Source: an uncultured Gammaproteobacteria bacterium (lineage in GTDB: Bacteria > Patescibacteriota > Microgenomatia > Levybacterales > GWA1-39-11). From it: a stretch of 64,000 nt of DNA. A program made the position numbers and the translations under genes. How positions within the stretch are numbered: position 1 is the stretch's first letter; every line of letters begins with the position of its first letter. Positions 1 through 9,534 of the stretch are shown here, piece by piece. The DNA is taken from positions 12,545 to 76,544 of the forward strand of contig CAZHDZ010000005.1 of the NCBI GenBank assembly GCA_964531275.1, given 5' to 3'. The notes under the pieces are model-generated. The model did not search any database and was not told the DNA's origin. It saw only the letters and a program-made list of their open reading frames with translations.

Positions 1-331
1 GATTTTGTCCAAAGAATGACGTTTCCGGGGTTTTGACTGTTACATTTGAAATGGCTGAAGGATTATAGGTAAGTTCTATTTGGGCACCTGCCGCAGGCTT
101 ACCTTGAGTATCTATCACTACATTTACTGATTGAGTACTGGGCCCCGTTGAAGCGTCAAGAGTAGACGGCTCGAAAGACATTGCCGCAAAGGGTTGAACT
201 TGGGTTGGTGTAGTTTCATTTGGGTCGTTTGATAATAGATTCTGGCCTTGATCAGATCTGACTGCTAAGAAGATAAGAATTCCTGTAATGATTGCAAGAA
301 TTACAATAAGTATGGTGGTTTTTTTTGGCAT
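1..331 (-). CDS. Membrane-anchored cohesin-like domain protein, runs off the window start
   Basis: Manual translation from ATG at 331: MPKKTTILIVILAIITGILIFLAV...VNVVIDTQGKPAAGAQIELTYNP; N-terminal TM plus cohesin-type beta pattern. Confidence 0.65.
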   Translation of the reverse strand, partial: MPKKTTILIVILAIITGILIFLAVRSDQGQNLLSNDPNETTPTQVQPFAAMSFEPSTLDASTGPSTQSVNVVIDTQGKPAAGAQIELTYNPSAISNVTVKTPETSFFGQN

Positions 332-355
332 GTTAGGCAGTAGTATTTATATTAC

Positions 356-2479
356 TTAATCTCCATCTCGTAATGCAAACCCTCTTTGCAATATCTGAAC
401 GTCTATCTCATCGACCGATCCATTATCATTAAGATCTGCAAGCTCACGTATTGCAGTCGTGCATGCAGCTTCATTCTTAACGCAAGCAATCATATATGTC
501 CAGTCGATAATTCCAAGTGTATTATCGTTATTTAAGTCTCCGCTTATTAGGTTCCTTGGAGTTCCTGTCCATATGGTTGAAGCATTTGCTACGCCATTAT
601 TAATTTGCATAGATCCAATAAGTGTTCTGAAGAGAGTGTTATTAACTTTAATTTTTGCTGTATATACTCCTGTGGGGAAAGTTGTGCCCAATGGGAATTG
701 TCCAAAGTAGGAAGAGGACTGTGGGGTATAGGTCATTGTTGCATCAACAGTTTTAACATTGGTATTTGTATTGTCGTATAGCTTTAGCGTTGCGGTTCTT
801 TGTGGGTGTATCGGGGTTGCATTAAGTCCCAGATTTTCAGCCCCAGTGCCTATACCAGGAAGGATAATATTTACATTGATTGCTGTATCATTTGGTGCAA
901 GGGTGGCAGTAGGAACACTTGTTAAGGTAGGTTGTGCCGTTATGGTTGGCGCGGTTGTTATCGTAACAGATGGTGATGTTGCTGCGTTGGTTTTTGTGAC
1001 TACAGTTGATGCTACTGGCCCACCATATTTACCATCTGTCGCTCGTCGGCTATGAACCCAAATGAAATAATTTTTGCCTGGTTTGAATGTATATGTATAC
1101 TGTGTTGAGGTAACTGTTTCGCAAATATCTCCAGAAGTCGCATTCAAACTGTTGTTGCAAGTTCCTAGCGCACTCCAGGTTGTAGTATCTATTCCATCCT
1201 CATTAACTCTCAGATAGTAACCTCCCTCAGCTTTTGCTGAAGCTGTCCATGTTATATTTCGGCTTCCAGAATCTATATTGCCTGATGGTTGAAGATTGGC
1301 TGGCGGAATAATGGTCACGTCATAGTTGGGATTTGTTGAGATGGGTCCAACCAGCACCTCATATCCGTAAGTGCAAGTCTCACTGTATTTACCATTTTGA
1401 CCCTTAATTCTGAATTTAGGTCTATATGTACCATTAACAGTATAAATATGTTCTATGTAATCAAGTTGGACAGGAGAATCCCATGTTCCATTTCCATCAA
1501 AATCCCATTCATATCCTGCAATTCCTACTCCCAGTGCATTTGACTTTCCAGAACCATGTAAAGCTACTTTGAGTGGGGCAGCTCCTATCGTAGGTGGAAT
1601 AGTTGAAACTCCACATTCAGGAACTCTTGGTACAGGGGTTGTGCTAGGGGATACCGTTGGCGATGGAGTGACATATGCGCATTTAACGCAATTGTATGTG
1701 CCGTTACTGCCAGACACATCAGTACATGTTTTTCCTACATTGCTACCTAAATTAACATAGCAGGAATAAAGTCCTACAGTGCAGCCCACATGACTATTAT
1801 CTCCACAATATACTTGTGATCCAGTTGGTTGTTGGCTTACAGATGGAGAAGGGGAGGTTGTTACGCTTGGCGTTGTCGTCGTAGAGGTATTTGAGGTGAC
1901 AATAAAATTAGTCGCTTCAACTCCGGGTGTTATATCCGTGTACGATCCAGATTTTGTAACAGATGAGTTAATTGCTGTAATTGGAGTTGATCCAGCTGTT
2001 CCTTTAGATTTAAATATTAGACGACCAAGGTTGATATCTCCATTAAGAATAGTTGCGTCTGCCGTTGGCCGCAAGAAGGTGATGTTCATAGTGCCTGCTG
2101 CATTATTTGGAGAAGGGGTTTGAAGGGGGGTTAGGAGTGTAGATCTGTTGCCGTCTTCGTATCTCAAAAGCTCAACCTTATCCTGATCAAATTTTACAGT
2201 TGTTTGGATCGCTGTAATATTCACATTTGCTGCTGTGGTCCTAGCTTTTAGCTCGATCGCGGTTTCTGTCTGTAGCGCTACCTGTACCCGTAAAGGTGCA
2301 TATGAGAGTATAACTTCTTCCCCTGATGCACGTTGCCTCAAATCCTGGGATTGCCTTACTAAATATAATGTAGTAACTAGAGCTGCAGCAACAAATAAAG
2401 CTCCAATACCAAATACAATTTGCTTTCTAGTCAAATTTTTTATAAATTGCATAATAGGGTTAAGGGATTGTTGTTCCAT
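356..2479 (-). CDS. Surface protein: TM, cohesin-like, Thr/Pro linkers, PKD, FnIII-like, C-terminal dockerin-like domain
   Basis: PKD motif YEWDFDGNG..HIY..NGTY; paired Ca loops GDLNNDNTLGIID / ADLNDNGSVDEID; AIQTTVKFD cohesin-like strand. Confidence 0.75.
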   Translation of the reverse strand: MEQQSLNPIMQFIKNLTRKQIVFGIGALFVAAALVTTLYLVRQSQDLRQRASGEEVILSYAPLRVQVALQTETAIELKARTTAANVNITAIQTTVKFDQDKVELLRYEDGNRSTLLTPLQTPSPNNAAGTMNITFLRPTADATILNGDINLGRLIFKSKGTAGSTPITAINSSVTKSGSYTDITPGVEATNFIVTSNTSTTTTPSVTTSPSPSVSQQPTGSQVYCGDNSHVGCTVGLYSCYVNLGSNVGKTCTDVSGSNGTYNCVKCAYVTPSPTVSPSTTPVPRVPECGVSTIPPTIGAAPLKVALHGSGKSNALGVGIAGYEWDFDGNGTWDSPVQLDYIEHIYTVNGTYRPKFRIKGQNGKYSETCTYGYEVLVGPISTNPNYDVTIIPPANLQPSGNIDSGSRNITWTASAKAEGGYYLRVNEDGIDTTTWSALGTCNNSLNATSGDICETVTSTQYTYTFKPGKNYFIWVHSRRATDGKYGGPVASTVVTKTNAATSPSVTITTAPTITAQPTLTSVPTATLAPNDTAINVNIILPGIGTGAENLGLNATPIHPQRTATLKLYDNTNTNVKTVDATMTYTPQSSSYFGQFPLGTTFPTGVYTAKIKVNNTLFRTLIGSMQINNGVANASTIWTGTPRNLISGDLNNDNTLGIIDWTYMIACVKNEAACTTAIRELADLNDNGSVDEIDVQILQRGFALRDGD

Positions 2480-3338
2480 TTGTTACTGCTATAAAACTAT
2501 CTCTCCATCTATTGTAGTCTGAAATTGTTACATCTCCACCATTAAAATCAGCATATTTTGTTCTACCCTGAGTATTCCCTTCTTTTGCAATAAATTCATC
2601 GCGCCATAAATTAAAATCCTGAATTGTTATGGTTCCACTGCAATTTGCGTCACCTTTGTCCTTAAGTTGGGTATTTGAATTGGCGGTACCACCAGGGCAA
2701 GACCTTGCGGGTGCGACAGTCACAGATGGACTTGGCGTAGGCGATATTTGACATGTGCCGATAGTTTTTGGGTTTCCTCTGCGGTAGATATCTTCTACCC
2801 GATATGGTCCACCACAATATTGACTTGCACATTGATTGTTGTTAGATTGTTCGCAGCTGCATCCAATTGCCCGGCCACTCTGACTACTGCAACTAGTCGG
2901 CTGTGTGGCACTGGGCGCAACGCATTGACCGTTAATGCCTCCACTGTCTGTGAGTTCACATACACCTTCATTCACGCAACCGCCAAATATTGTACAACTT
3001 CCTCCATATTCAGATTTAGGACTGGTGTTCCCATTTGGACTACTATCGTTAACTGATTGACCAGCCGGGGGTAAATCATAGTTTTGTGTACTTTCGATTC
3101 CATGTTGGTATTTTCCTGTTGTGTCTTGATAACAATAAGCTTCACCTGCTGAGCAAGGTGATGAATTCTGTGTCCATATATAACTATCTGGCAGTTTGTC
3201 TGTACCTGGGATAAAAGCCAAAGTTTTATTCATGTCTATTTTAGAATTATCATTTGATGCATCTATTCGTAAATTAATAGGGATTATAAAAAAAAGGCTT
3301 ACAACGAGAAAGAAAATTCGAGGATTAATTTTTACCAT
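2460..3338 (-). CDS. Secreted Cys-rich protein with C-terminal dockerin-like domain
   Basis: N-terminal hydrophobic segment; many Cys; GDANCSGTITIQDF / ADFNGGDVTISDY. Confidence 0.7.
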   Translation of the reverse strand: MVKINPRIFFLVVSLFFIIPINLRIDASNDNSKIDMNKTLAFIPGTDKLPDSYIWTQNSSPCSAGEAYCYQDTTGKYQHGIESTQNYDLPPAGQSVNDSSPNGNTSPKSEYGGSCTIFGGCVNEGVCELTDSGGINGQCVAPSATQPTSCSSQSGRAIGCSCEQSNNNQCASQYCGGPYRVEDIYRRGNPKTIGTCQISPTPSPSVTVAPARSCPGGTANSNTQLKDKGDANCSGTITIQDFNLWRDEFIAKEGNTQGRTKYADFNGGDVTISDYNRWRDSFIAVTNGTTIP

Positions 3339-3406
3339 AAACTATATAAAGCCAGTTATTTACATAGTAGAGAAGTTAGACTTGAGTGTCAATAAGAAGC
3401 GCATTT

Positions 3407-4723
3407 TTATGGAAGTGGGAATTCTTTAAGGGTTTTTTTAACTTCAAGCGCGATTGCTTTTATTTTTTTATTTTCTGCAATCTCTTTTTTAAAGTTTTTA
3501 AAAAATGGCCCGCGTTCTTCTTTGATTTCCGGTAACACATTCCCTTCACATTCTTTGATAATGTCTGTGATCCACTGACCCAGTACTTTCATCTCTTTTT
3601 CCTTCATGCCGCGTGTAGAGGCTCCTGGTGTTCCGATTCTAATACCAGAAGGGTAAAAGGGTGGAAGGGTATCATAGGGAATAGTATTCTTATTGGTAAT
3701 TATTCCGCCTAATTCTAGCGCGTAAGCAGCGAGTGCTCCATTGACCCCTTTTGACATGGTGTCTATTACAATTAGATGATTTTCGGTTCCACCAGTTGTT
3801 AATTTGAATCCATTTTTTTGAAGAACATCAGCAAGGGTTCTGGCATTTTTGACTATTTGATGAGCATATTTTTTAAATTCTGGAGTCTGTGCCTCTTTTA
3901 GAGCAACAGCGATTGCTGCTGTTTGGTTGTCATGAGGGCCACCTTGAAGTCCTGGAAATACCGCCTTATTTATCTTTTCTGGAAGATCTGGATCCTTTTG
4001 AATTCCTTTATCAGTTACCATAAGCATTGCACCACGCGGACCGCGGAGGGACTTATGTGTTGTTGTCATTATGATGTGAGCATGATTTGCAGGGGAAGGA
4101 TGGGCACCTCCCGCAATAAGACCTGCTATGTGGGATACATCAGCAAGCAGGTAAGCCCCGCACTTATCAGCAATCTTGCCAAATCTTTCAAAATCTATAA
4201 TTCTGGGATATGCAGTGAATCCACATACAATTATTTGTGGCTTTTCTTTCATTGCGAGCTTCTCAATTTCATCCATATCAAGGATTCCGTCGCGAGTTAC
4301 AGGAAAGCTTACGGTTTTGAAATACTTACCAGAGAAAGATACAGGAGACCCATGTGTAAGATGTCCTCCAGATGACAGAGCAAGTCCCATAATTTTGCTT
4401 TTTAGAGGTTCGAGTAGTGCAAAATATACTGCCGTATTTGCAGGACTTCCTGAATAAGGTTGGACATTTACAAAAGGAACGCCAAATACTTTTTTTGCAC
4501 GCTCAATAGCAAGCATTTCTATGTCATCCGCGTTGGCATTTCCCTGGTAATATCTTTTCTTTGAGTATCCTTCAGAATATTTATTAGTAAATACTGAGGC
4601 AAGAGTAGATCTTACTTCTAGGGAGGCGTAATTCTCTGAGGGAATAAGCGTTAGAGTGTCGCGTTGTCTTTTATCTTCTTTCTGGAGTATGGCATAAACT
4701 TCTGGATCTTCTTGGCTTAGCAT
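3407..4723 (-). CDS. glyA: Serine hydroxymethyltransferase
   Basis: LIPSENY, NKYSEGY, GGHLTHG, TTTHKSLRGPRG, FPGLQGGP motifs. Confidence 0.97.
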   Translation of the reverse strand: MLSQEDPEVYAILQKEDKRQRDTLTLIPSENYASLEVRSTLASVFTNKYSEGYSKKRYYQGNANADDIEMLAIERAKKVFGVPFVNVQPYSGSPANTAVYFALLEPLKSKIMGLALSSGGHLTHGSPVSFSGKYFKTVSFPVTRDGILDMDEIEKLAMKEKPQIIVCGFTAYPRIIDFERFGKIADKCGAYLLADVSHIAGLIAGGAHPSPANHAHIIMTTTHKSLRGPRGAMLMVTDKGIQKDPDLPEKINKAVFPGLQGGPHDNQTAAIAVALKEAQTPEFKKYAHQIVKNARTLADVLQKNGFKLTTGGTENHLIVIDTMSKGVNGALAAYALELGGIITNKNTIPYDTLPPFYPSGIRIGTPGASTRGMKEKEMKVLGQWITDIIKECEGNVLPEIKEERGPFFKNFKKEIAENKKIKAIALEVKKTLKEFPLP

Positions 4724-4792
4724 CTTGATACAAAGAATAAATTAATGGGTCACTTTTGTCAATCTACTAACTTTTTTTGATACTATACATAT

Positions 4793-5383
4793 ATGGATCA
4801 TTTGATGGAAAAATTGGGGTGGAAGAAGATGGCTGTGATTATTGTTGTCGGGTGCTTAGGGCTTATGACATTTGCCTTGATGTCATTGCGAAATGCTGAT
4901 AGGAATAGCATTGTTAATAAAAACGATATAACTCCAGCCCCAACAAATTTAAAGCCAGGGATTGTGAAGACTGTGGAAGGCAACATTTCATCCCTTCAGT
5001 TCAATTCCTCGATCTTCTCAATTACCTATCCTGAAGGATTTCAGGTTGTGAATGTTGCCCCAAATGCTGGTGTTCAAGAATATATACGTTTTGTGAGTCC
5101 ATCAAAAAAAGAAATAAGTGTTGTTGTATTTCCCCGCCAAGAAAGATCACTTGAAGATCTTGCAGCCCCATATGAAGGTGCAGGTTATGAAGGTAGGGAA
5201 ATAATACAAAATGATATGACCGGTAAATATTTCATGGGCGAAAAACAGGCTCTTCGTCTTCGCGAAAAGGTCGCACTATTTCAGAAGGGGTATTCAATAA
5301 TAAGGCTGCAGTTGTCATATGCAGGGGAAAAAGATCCTATTATAGAGGCTCAGTATGACGCTATGCTAGCGAGTCTTGAATAA
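4793..5383 (+). CDS. Membrane-anchored hypothetical protein (PsbP-like)
   Basis: N-terminal TM; FSITYPEGF motif; ends YDAMLASL. Confidence 0.6.
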   Translation: MDHLMEKLGWKKMAVIIVVGCLGLMTFALMSLRNADRNSIVNKNDITPAPTNLKPGIVKTVEGNISSLQFNSSIFSITYPEGFQVVNVAPNAGVQEYIRFVSPSKKEISVVVFPRQERSLEDLAAPYEGAGYEGREIIQNDMTGKYFMGEKQALRLREKVALFQKGYSIIRLQLSYAGEKDPIIEAQYDAMLASLE

Positions 5384-5403
5384 CCCTTCGATGCGCTCAG
5401 GGT
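5384..5403. repeat. REP-like short element filling the gap between convergent genes
   Basis: CCCTTCGATGCGCTCAGGGT, resembling the CCCTTCGACAAGCTCAGGG-type bacterial repeat. Confidence 0.5.
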
Positions 5404-6414
5404 TTAATTGCCGATTACCCCTCCCCACTCAACGGCGGTAAATCCGATTCTTTGAGGAGTTGGGGGAAGAGTTAACTCTTCATAATTTTCAGGAACATTC
5501 TCCAGAGGTTTGAAATATGCGATGAATTCAATAAATGTATCTGGTTTCGGTGAAATCAGAACTTGATCAAGCCGCTGCTTCTCATCTTTTTCTAAGATAG
5601 AGACAAACCAGTATGGGGAATCGTAAGCTGAAAGGCGGGGGAGCCACCAATCTAAGAATTCATCTTTTTCATCTTCTCGTGTTAGACCAAGTCTTTCTAT
5701 AAAATTCGTTAATTCTTCTTTGAGATTTTCTCTTTTAAAGATAAATCCTGCTTTCGGTTGTTTTACGTCTTTTGTCTCTGATTCGTAGAATAATTCACGA
5801 TACGGTTTGTCATTGTAAAAAAGAATACCATTAGGATGTGCCATAACATCGCTCCAGCCTTGGCTCGACTCAATATTGTTGTGGCGGCCATTTACCTCAA
5901 TTTGTGGATCGCTTATGACAACTTTACCTTCGGTAATTACTTTGACATCTACTAGAGTAGGAGTTGTAGGGTAGAGATAAATCACTGGTTTCCCTATGCA
6001 GTACCAGCCATCGCCTTCTCTAGCAAGAGTTCTGCACCAGCCAGAATTGTTAAAGTCAGCGCAAACAGCATCTTTGGTTCCTGGCATAGATGATTTAGAT
6101 TGGTCAAAATCGGTACATTGACTATCTTTGCAGTACACAAGATATGCAATGCAATTTGTGCATACATTCGGGTCAACCTTTTTGGACATGTCATGATTGC
6201 ATGCGTCTCCTACTGGGGTCGGTTTTGGTTGGAAAGTGAGCTTTTTTAATTGAAGATTTTTTTTCTGCGAGTCACCAGATGTAATCGGGCTTTCGTATTT
6301 TTCATTTGGATTTGTGGTTGAGATGTTGAACATCTTGCCGCTTGTAATGAGGAATGCAAAAGCAGTAACAAGAATAAGGACCGGAATGACAATGTTAATG
6401 TAACCTTTACTCAT
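5404..6414 (-). CDS. Membrane-anchored protein with KPVIYLYP...VEWGG domain
   Basis: N-terminal TM, Cys-rich segment, KPVIYLYP, LFYE, EFLDWW, AVEWGG. Confidence 0.75.
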   Translation of the reverse strand: MSKGYINIVIPVLILVTAFAFLITSGKMFNISTTNPNEKYESPITSGDSQKKNLQLKKLTFQPKPTPVGDACNHDMSKKVDPNVCTNCIAYLVYCKDSQCTDFDQSKSSMPGTKDAVCADFNNSGWCRTLAREGDGWYCIGKPVIYLYPTTPTLVDVKVITEGKVVISDPQIEVNGRHNNIESSQGWSDVMAHPNGILFYNDKPYRELFYESETKDVKQPKAGFIFKRENLKEELTNFIERLGLTREDEKDEFLDWWLPRLSAYDSPYWFVSILEKDEKQRLDQVLISPKPDTFIEFIAYFKPLENVPENYEELTLPPTPQRIGFTAVEWGGVIGN

Positions 6415-6463
6415 ATCTATAAGTATGCCACAAAATAGATATAGAGTTCATTAAAAATGAGGA

Positions 6464-7108
6464 CTATGGAGTAATTATTACGTCAAGATCACCTCTAGAA
6501 GGTTTTAGCTTTTTTTGCTGACCGCCCTCTATAGTGTAGAGTTCTGAGAGTTTGAGATCATAGGAAAGTGTTGCTTTGCTTGATTGTTTGTTGGCCGTTG
6601 GGGTAAAGGTTATTGTTGCAAATCTGCCAGAGCCTACAACAGGCGTTGATCCTTCAGGGAGTGAAAAGGAAATAACTACATTCCCAGGATTGTATTTTAC
6701 AGTAGAAAAGAATGCATTCGGGACTATGGAGGTGGTGCCTGTTATTGTTTTTACTTGGACATCACTGACTGTATAAGGGTCATACTTTAATACTACTTTT
6801 CCACCCGAAATACCTGTGGATGTTAGTGTTTGGAGATTTAAGTCAACGGTTGTAGGCGTTGCATTGATTGCGGTTAGGTTATATGTTGAAAAGCCTAATG
6901 ATACTTGTATATTTAACGGATTGCCAAGTTTTTCTGCGCTAGGTGCTATTGTCCCTTTCTTTACTGATACTGATTTGAGCATAAAGAAAGTAGCTATGAT
7001 GATAACTAAGAGTATCCCTATCGCCCCAAGAGAGATTAGTAATTTTTTCTTTCCAGACTTTTTGACTTGTTCTGGAGGTATTTGGGTTGTGGGCAGTTGT
7101 TCTTCCAT
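6464..7108 (-). CDS. Membrane-anchored cohesin-like protein
   Basis: TM then ISGGKVVLKYDP...GSGRFATITF; likely start MEEQ at 7108. Confidence 0.65.
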   Translation of the reverse strand: MEEQLPTTQIPPEQVKKSGKKKLLISLGAIGILLVIIIATFFMLKSVSVKKGTIAPSAEKLGNPLNIQVSLGFSTYNLTAINATPTTVDLNLQTLTSTGISGGKVVLKYDPYTVSDVQVKTITGTTSIVPNAFFSTVKYNPGNVVISFSLPEGSTPVVGSGRFATITFTPTANKQSSKATLSYDLKLSELYTIEGGQQKKLKPSRGDLDVIITP

Positions 7109-7113
7109 ATAAT

Positions 7114-8868
7114 TTAGTAGGGATTCTGGCATGTGCCTGTTGTGCCGGTCCCTACGCAGAACCCTCCACAGCCGCTACATGCGATATTACTTCCAGCATT
7201 GGGTCCGGACATATTATTTGCGCTTGGGTTGCATGGCCTACCTGGTAGATTACAAGACCCACCAGCGGGGGGGGCACCTTGCGGAAGCTGACAGCAAAGT
7301 GCTTTGTCAGTATTGTAAAACGCTTTACATGCATCATTTCCTCCAGAATTTAGTACCTCACTTCCCATACAGGTATCTACATTGGCTCTGCAAACCTGAT
7401 GGATATTTGATGCAGGGATGTAGTCATTGCAAGTGCTACCCGTTGATACTGGTGTTACTGTGGCGGTTGGTCCGGTTGCGGCGGTTGGAGTAGGAGTTGC
7501 TTCCGGAGTTTTGCATGTATTATCTCTCCACTCAGTGCCTGCAGGGCAGCATCGACCTTGACTTCCAGACACGATGCATACATTTGGTACTGCACACTGC
7601 CATGGGCCCTGTACTGGATTGCATAGGCCGCCTTGAGCTGTAGGCACAAATGGAGTAGGGGTAACAGTTGTTACGGGTGTTACTGTTGGGCTAGGTGATG
7701 TAGATCCTCCGCCTGTTCCTGGGGCACATATGTAGAAATATCTTTGTTGTGGGTATTTCCAATCGCAGTAATCATCGTATCCGGAAGGATCATTGGGTCT
7801 TTTTCTTTCTTGCCAGAGCAAGTTGTTGGTAGCGGTTGTCTGAGACGTAGCACATGAGGCAGTTCCTTGAGGTTGTAATGTGGTGTAGGTTGGGACGGAG
7901 TCACCGCAGTAGCCGTTCCCTGGAGGGGTTGGAGTTGGAGTGCTGCTGCCTGCGCCATTATCGGGACCAAGAGGACTCCCACCTGTCTTTTTGCAACACG
8001 TTCCGCCCTTGCTGCCGCAACTAAAATAAGTGGTTTTTGGTTGGGGAGAATTATAGGTTGAATTACAGGATGGTAGGCACATATACAATTCTTCATTTGG
8101 GCCTGTAAGCTCACAGTGATTATAGGTTGATTCTAGGCATCTGCCGGATGATCTACTGCAGCTTCCTGAATCACACACAGCATCTTGGTATATCGTAGTT
8201 CCTCCCGGTTTGAAGGCACAGATGCTTCCGGGTGTAAGACTTCCATGTGTTGCACAGGATCCCTTGCCGACACCGACTCCCTCTGGTTGCACACAAGATT
8301 GAGATGAGCTGCAGTAAATACCAGCCCCGCAAAACTTGTCGGTTGATCCCAGGCTTACACACTTTCCGGTTGTTCTGCTACAAGTTCCAGTTCCGCAAGC
8401 TGCGTCTCTATAAAAGGTAGTGCCTCCAGGTTTGGAAACGCAGACAGCATCAATACCCAGACTTCCATTTGTAACACATTCGCCTTGACCTACGCCTGCA
8501 CCAGCAGGTTGTACGCAGGATTCTGAGGTACTGCAGTAAATACCAGCCCCGCAAAACTTGTCAGCTGAACCTAGCTCTACGCATCTACCCGTTGATCTAC
8601 TACAAGAGCCGGAAATACAAGCTGCGTCTCCATAAAAAGTAGTGCTTCCAGGCTTGAAAGAGCAAACATCGCCTGTATTGAGGGTTCCATTCGCAGCGCA
8701 TGATCCTTTACCTACACCTGCACCAGCTGGTTGAACGCAAGTTTGAGTTGAGGTACAGGTTATACCAGCTCCACAATTTTGGTCAGCGAAGCTTTGATTT
8801 ACATTTACAATACCGAAGGTAAAAATGAGTATAAGAGAAGCCAATGTAAGAATAAATAATTTCATCAT
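7114..8868 (-). CDS. Secreted Cys-rich repeat protein
   Basis: Signal peptide ending SFA; three ~74-aa repeats CGAGIxC..CVQPxGxGVGxGxC..KPG.TT..DAxC..G.CSR..G.C. Confidence 0.8.
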   Translation of the reverse strand: MMKLFILTLASLILIFTFGIVNVNQSFADQNCGAGITCTSTQTCVQPAGAGVGKGSCAANGTLNTGDVCSFKPGSTTFYGDAACISGSCSRSTGRCVELGSADKFCGAGIYCSTSESCVQPAGAGVGQGECVTNGSLGIDAVCVSKPGGTTFYRDAACGTGTCSRTTGKCVSLGSTDKFCGAGIYCSSSQSCVQPEGVGVGKGSCATHGSLTPGSICAFKPGGTTIYQDAVCDSGSCSRSSGRCLESTYNHCELTGPNEELYMCLPSCNSTYNSPQPKTTYFSCGSKGGTCCKKTGGSPLGPDNGAGSSTPTPTPPGNGYCGDSVPTYTTLQPQGTASCATSQTTATNNLLWQERKRPNDPSGYDDYCDWKYPQQRYFYICAPGTGGGSTSPSPTVTPVTTVTPTPFVPTAQGGLCNPVQGPWQCAVPNVCIVSGSQGRCCPAGTEWRDNTCKTPEATPTPTAATGPTATVTPVSTGSTCNDYIPASNIHQVCRANVDTCMGSEVLNSGGNDACKAFYNTDKALCCQLPQGAPPAGGSCNLPGRPCNPSANNMSGPNAGSNIACSGCGGFCVGTGTTGTCQNPY

Positions 8869-8903
8869 TAATTTACTTTATAAGTACTAAGTACCATTGT
8901 CAA

Positions 8904-9494
8904 TTAATTGCATCCCGTAGGGTCTCCGTCTTTTGTGGTCTGTATATCTCCGCCTCTCCAGCCTCCCTCTCCTTGTATCCCACCAGAATATAAAGATATT
9001 TTCCAGGTTTTATCGTTAAATCCATATTCATTACTCAAGGCTAGTGGGAATTTACCCTCTGGGGATGTAAATTTTTGAGTGGACAGTGTTTTTAAGCCAT
9101 TATCGTTAATTTCCAACTTGATATATCCATCTTTAGTGCCCTTAACATTTACAAAACCGTCTTTATAAGAAGATTTTCCACTTTTGCAGGTAGGAGTAAT
9201 ATCAAAACTTAGACTCCAGGAGTTGGTTGTTGGAGAAGTTGTTGGAGAGGTCGTAGTAGCGGGACTGGTAGTAGGGGAAGCAGAGCCAGCACTGGCAGGT
9301 GCTGATGGGGTGATGGTTACCGGTGAGGCTTCATTTCCTGAAGATAAAGACTCAACGCCACCTACAAACATGACAGCAAAGATGACAACCATAATGATAA
9401 TCACTATATATATGGAAGACTGACCGGATTGGTTGTCAGTGGCTGGTGGTTGGTGGTTGGAGAAGGAAATGTTTTTGAAAGTATTTTTAAACAT
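8904..9494 (-). CDS. Membrane-anchored hypothetical protein with S/T/P linker
   Basis: SGQSS followed by hydrophobic helix and TTSP repeats. Confidence 0.7.
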   Translation of the reverse strand: MFKNTFKNISFSNHQPPATDNQSGQSSIYIVIIIMVVIFAVMFVGGVESLSSGNEASPVTITPSAPASAGSASPTTSPATTTSPTTSPTTNSWSLSFDITPTCKSGKSSYKDGFVNVKGTKDGYIKLEINDNGLKTLSTQKFTSPEGKFPLALSNEYGFNDKTWKISLYSGGIQGEGGWRGGDIQTTKDGDPTGCN

Positions 9495-9534
9495 ATTTTA
9501 TTTTAGCTCTAATTACTAATCACTATCCACCAGC
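9427..9534. repeat. Inverted heptamer-array element (GGTTGGT / CTAATCA type)
   Basis: gattggt tgtcagt ggctggt ggttggt ggttgga (9427-9461) ... ctaatta ctaatca ctatcca ccagc (9509-9534). Confidence 0.6.
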
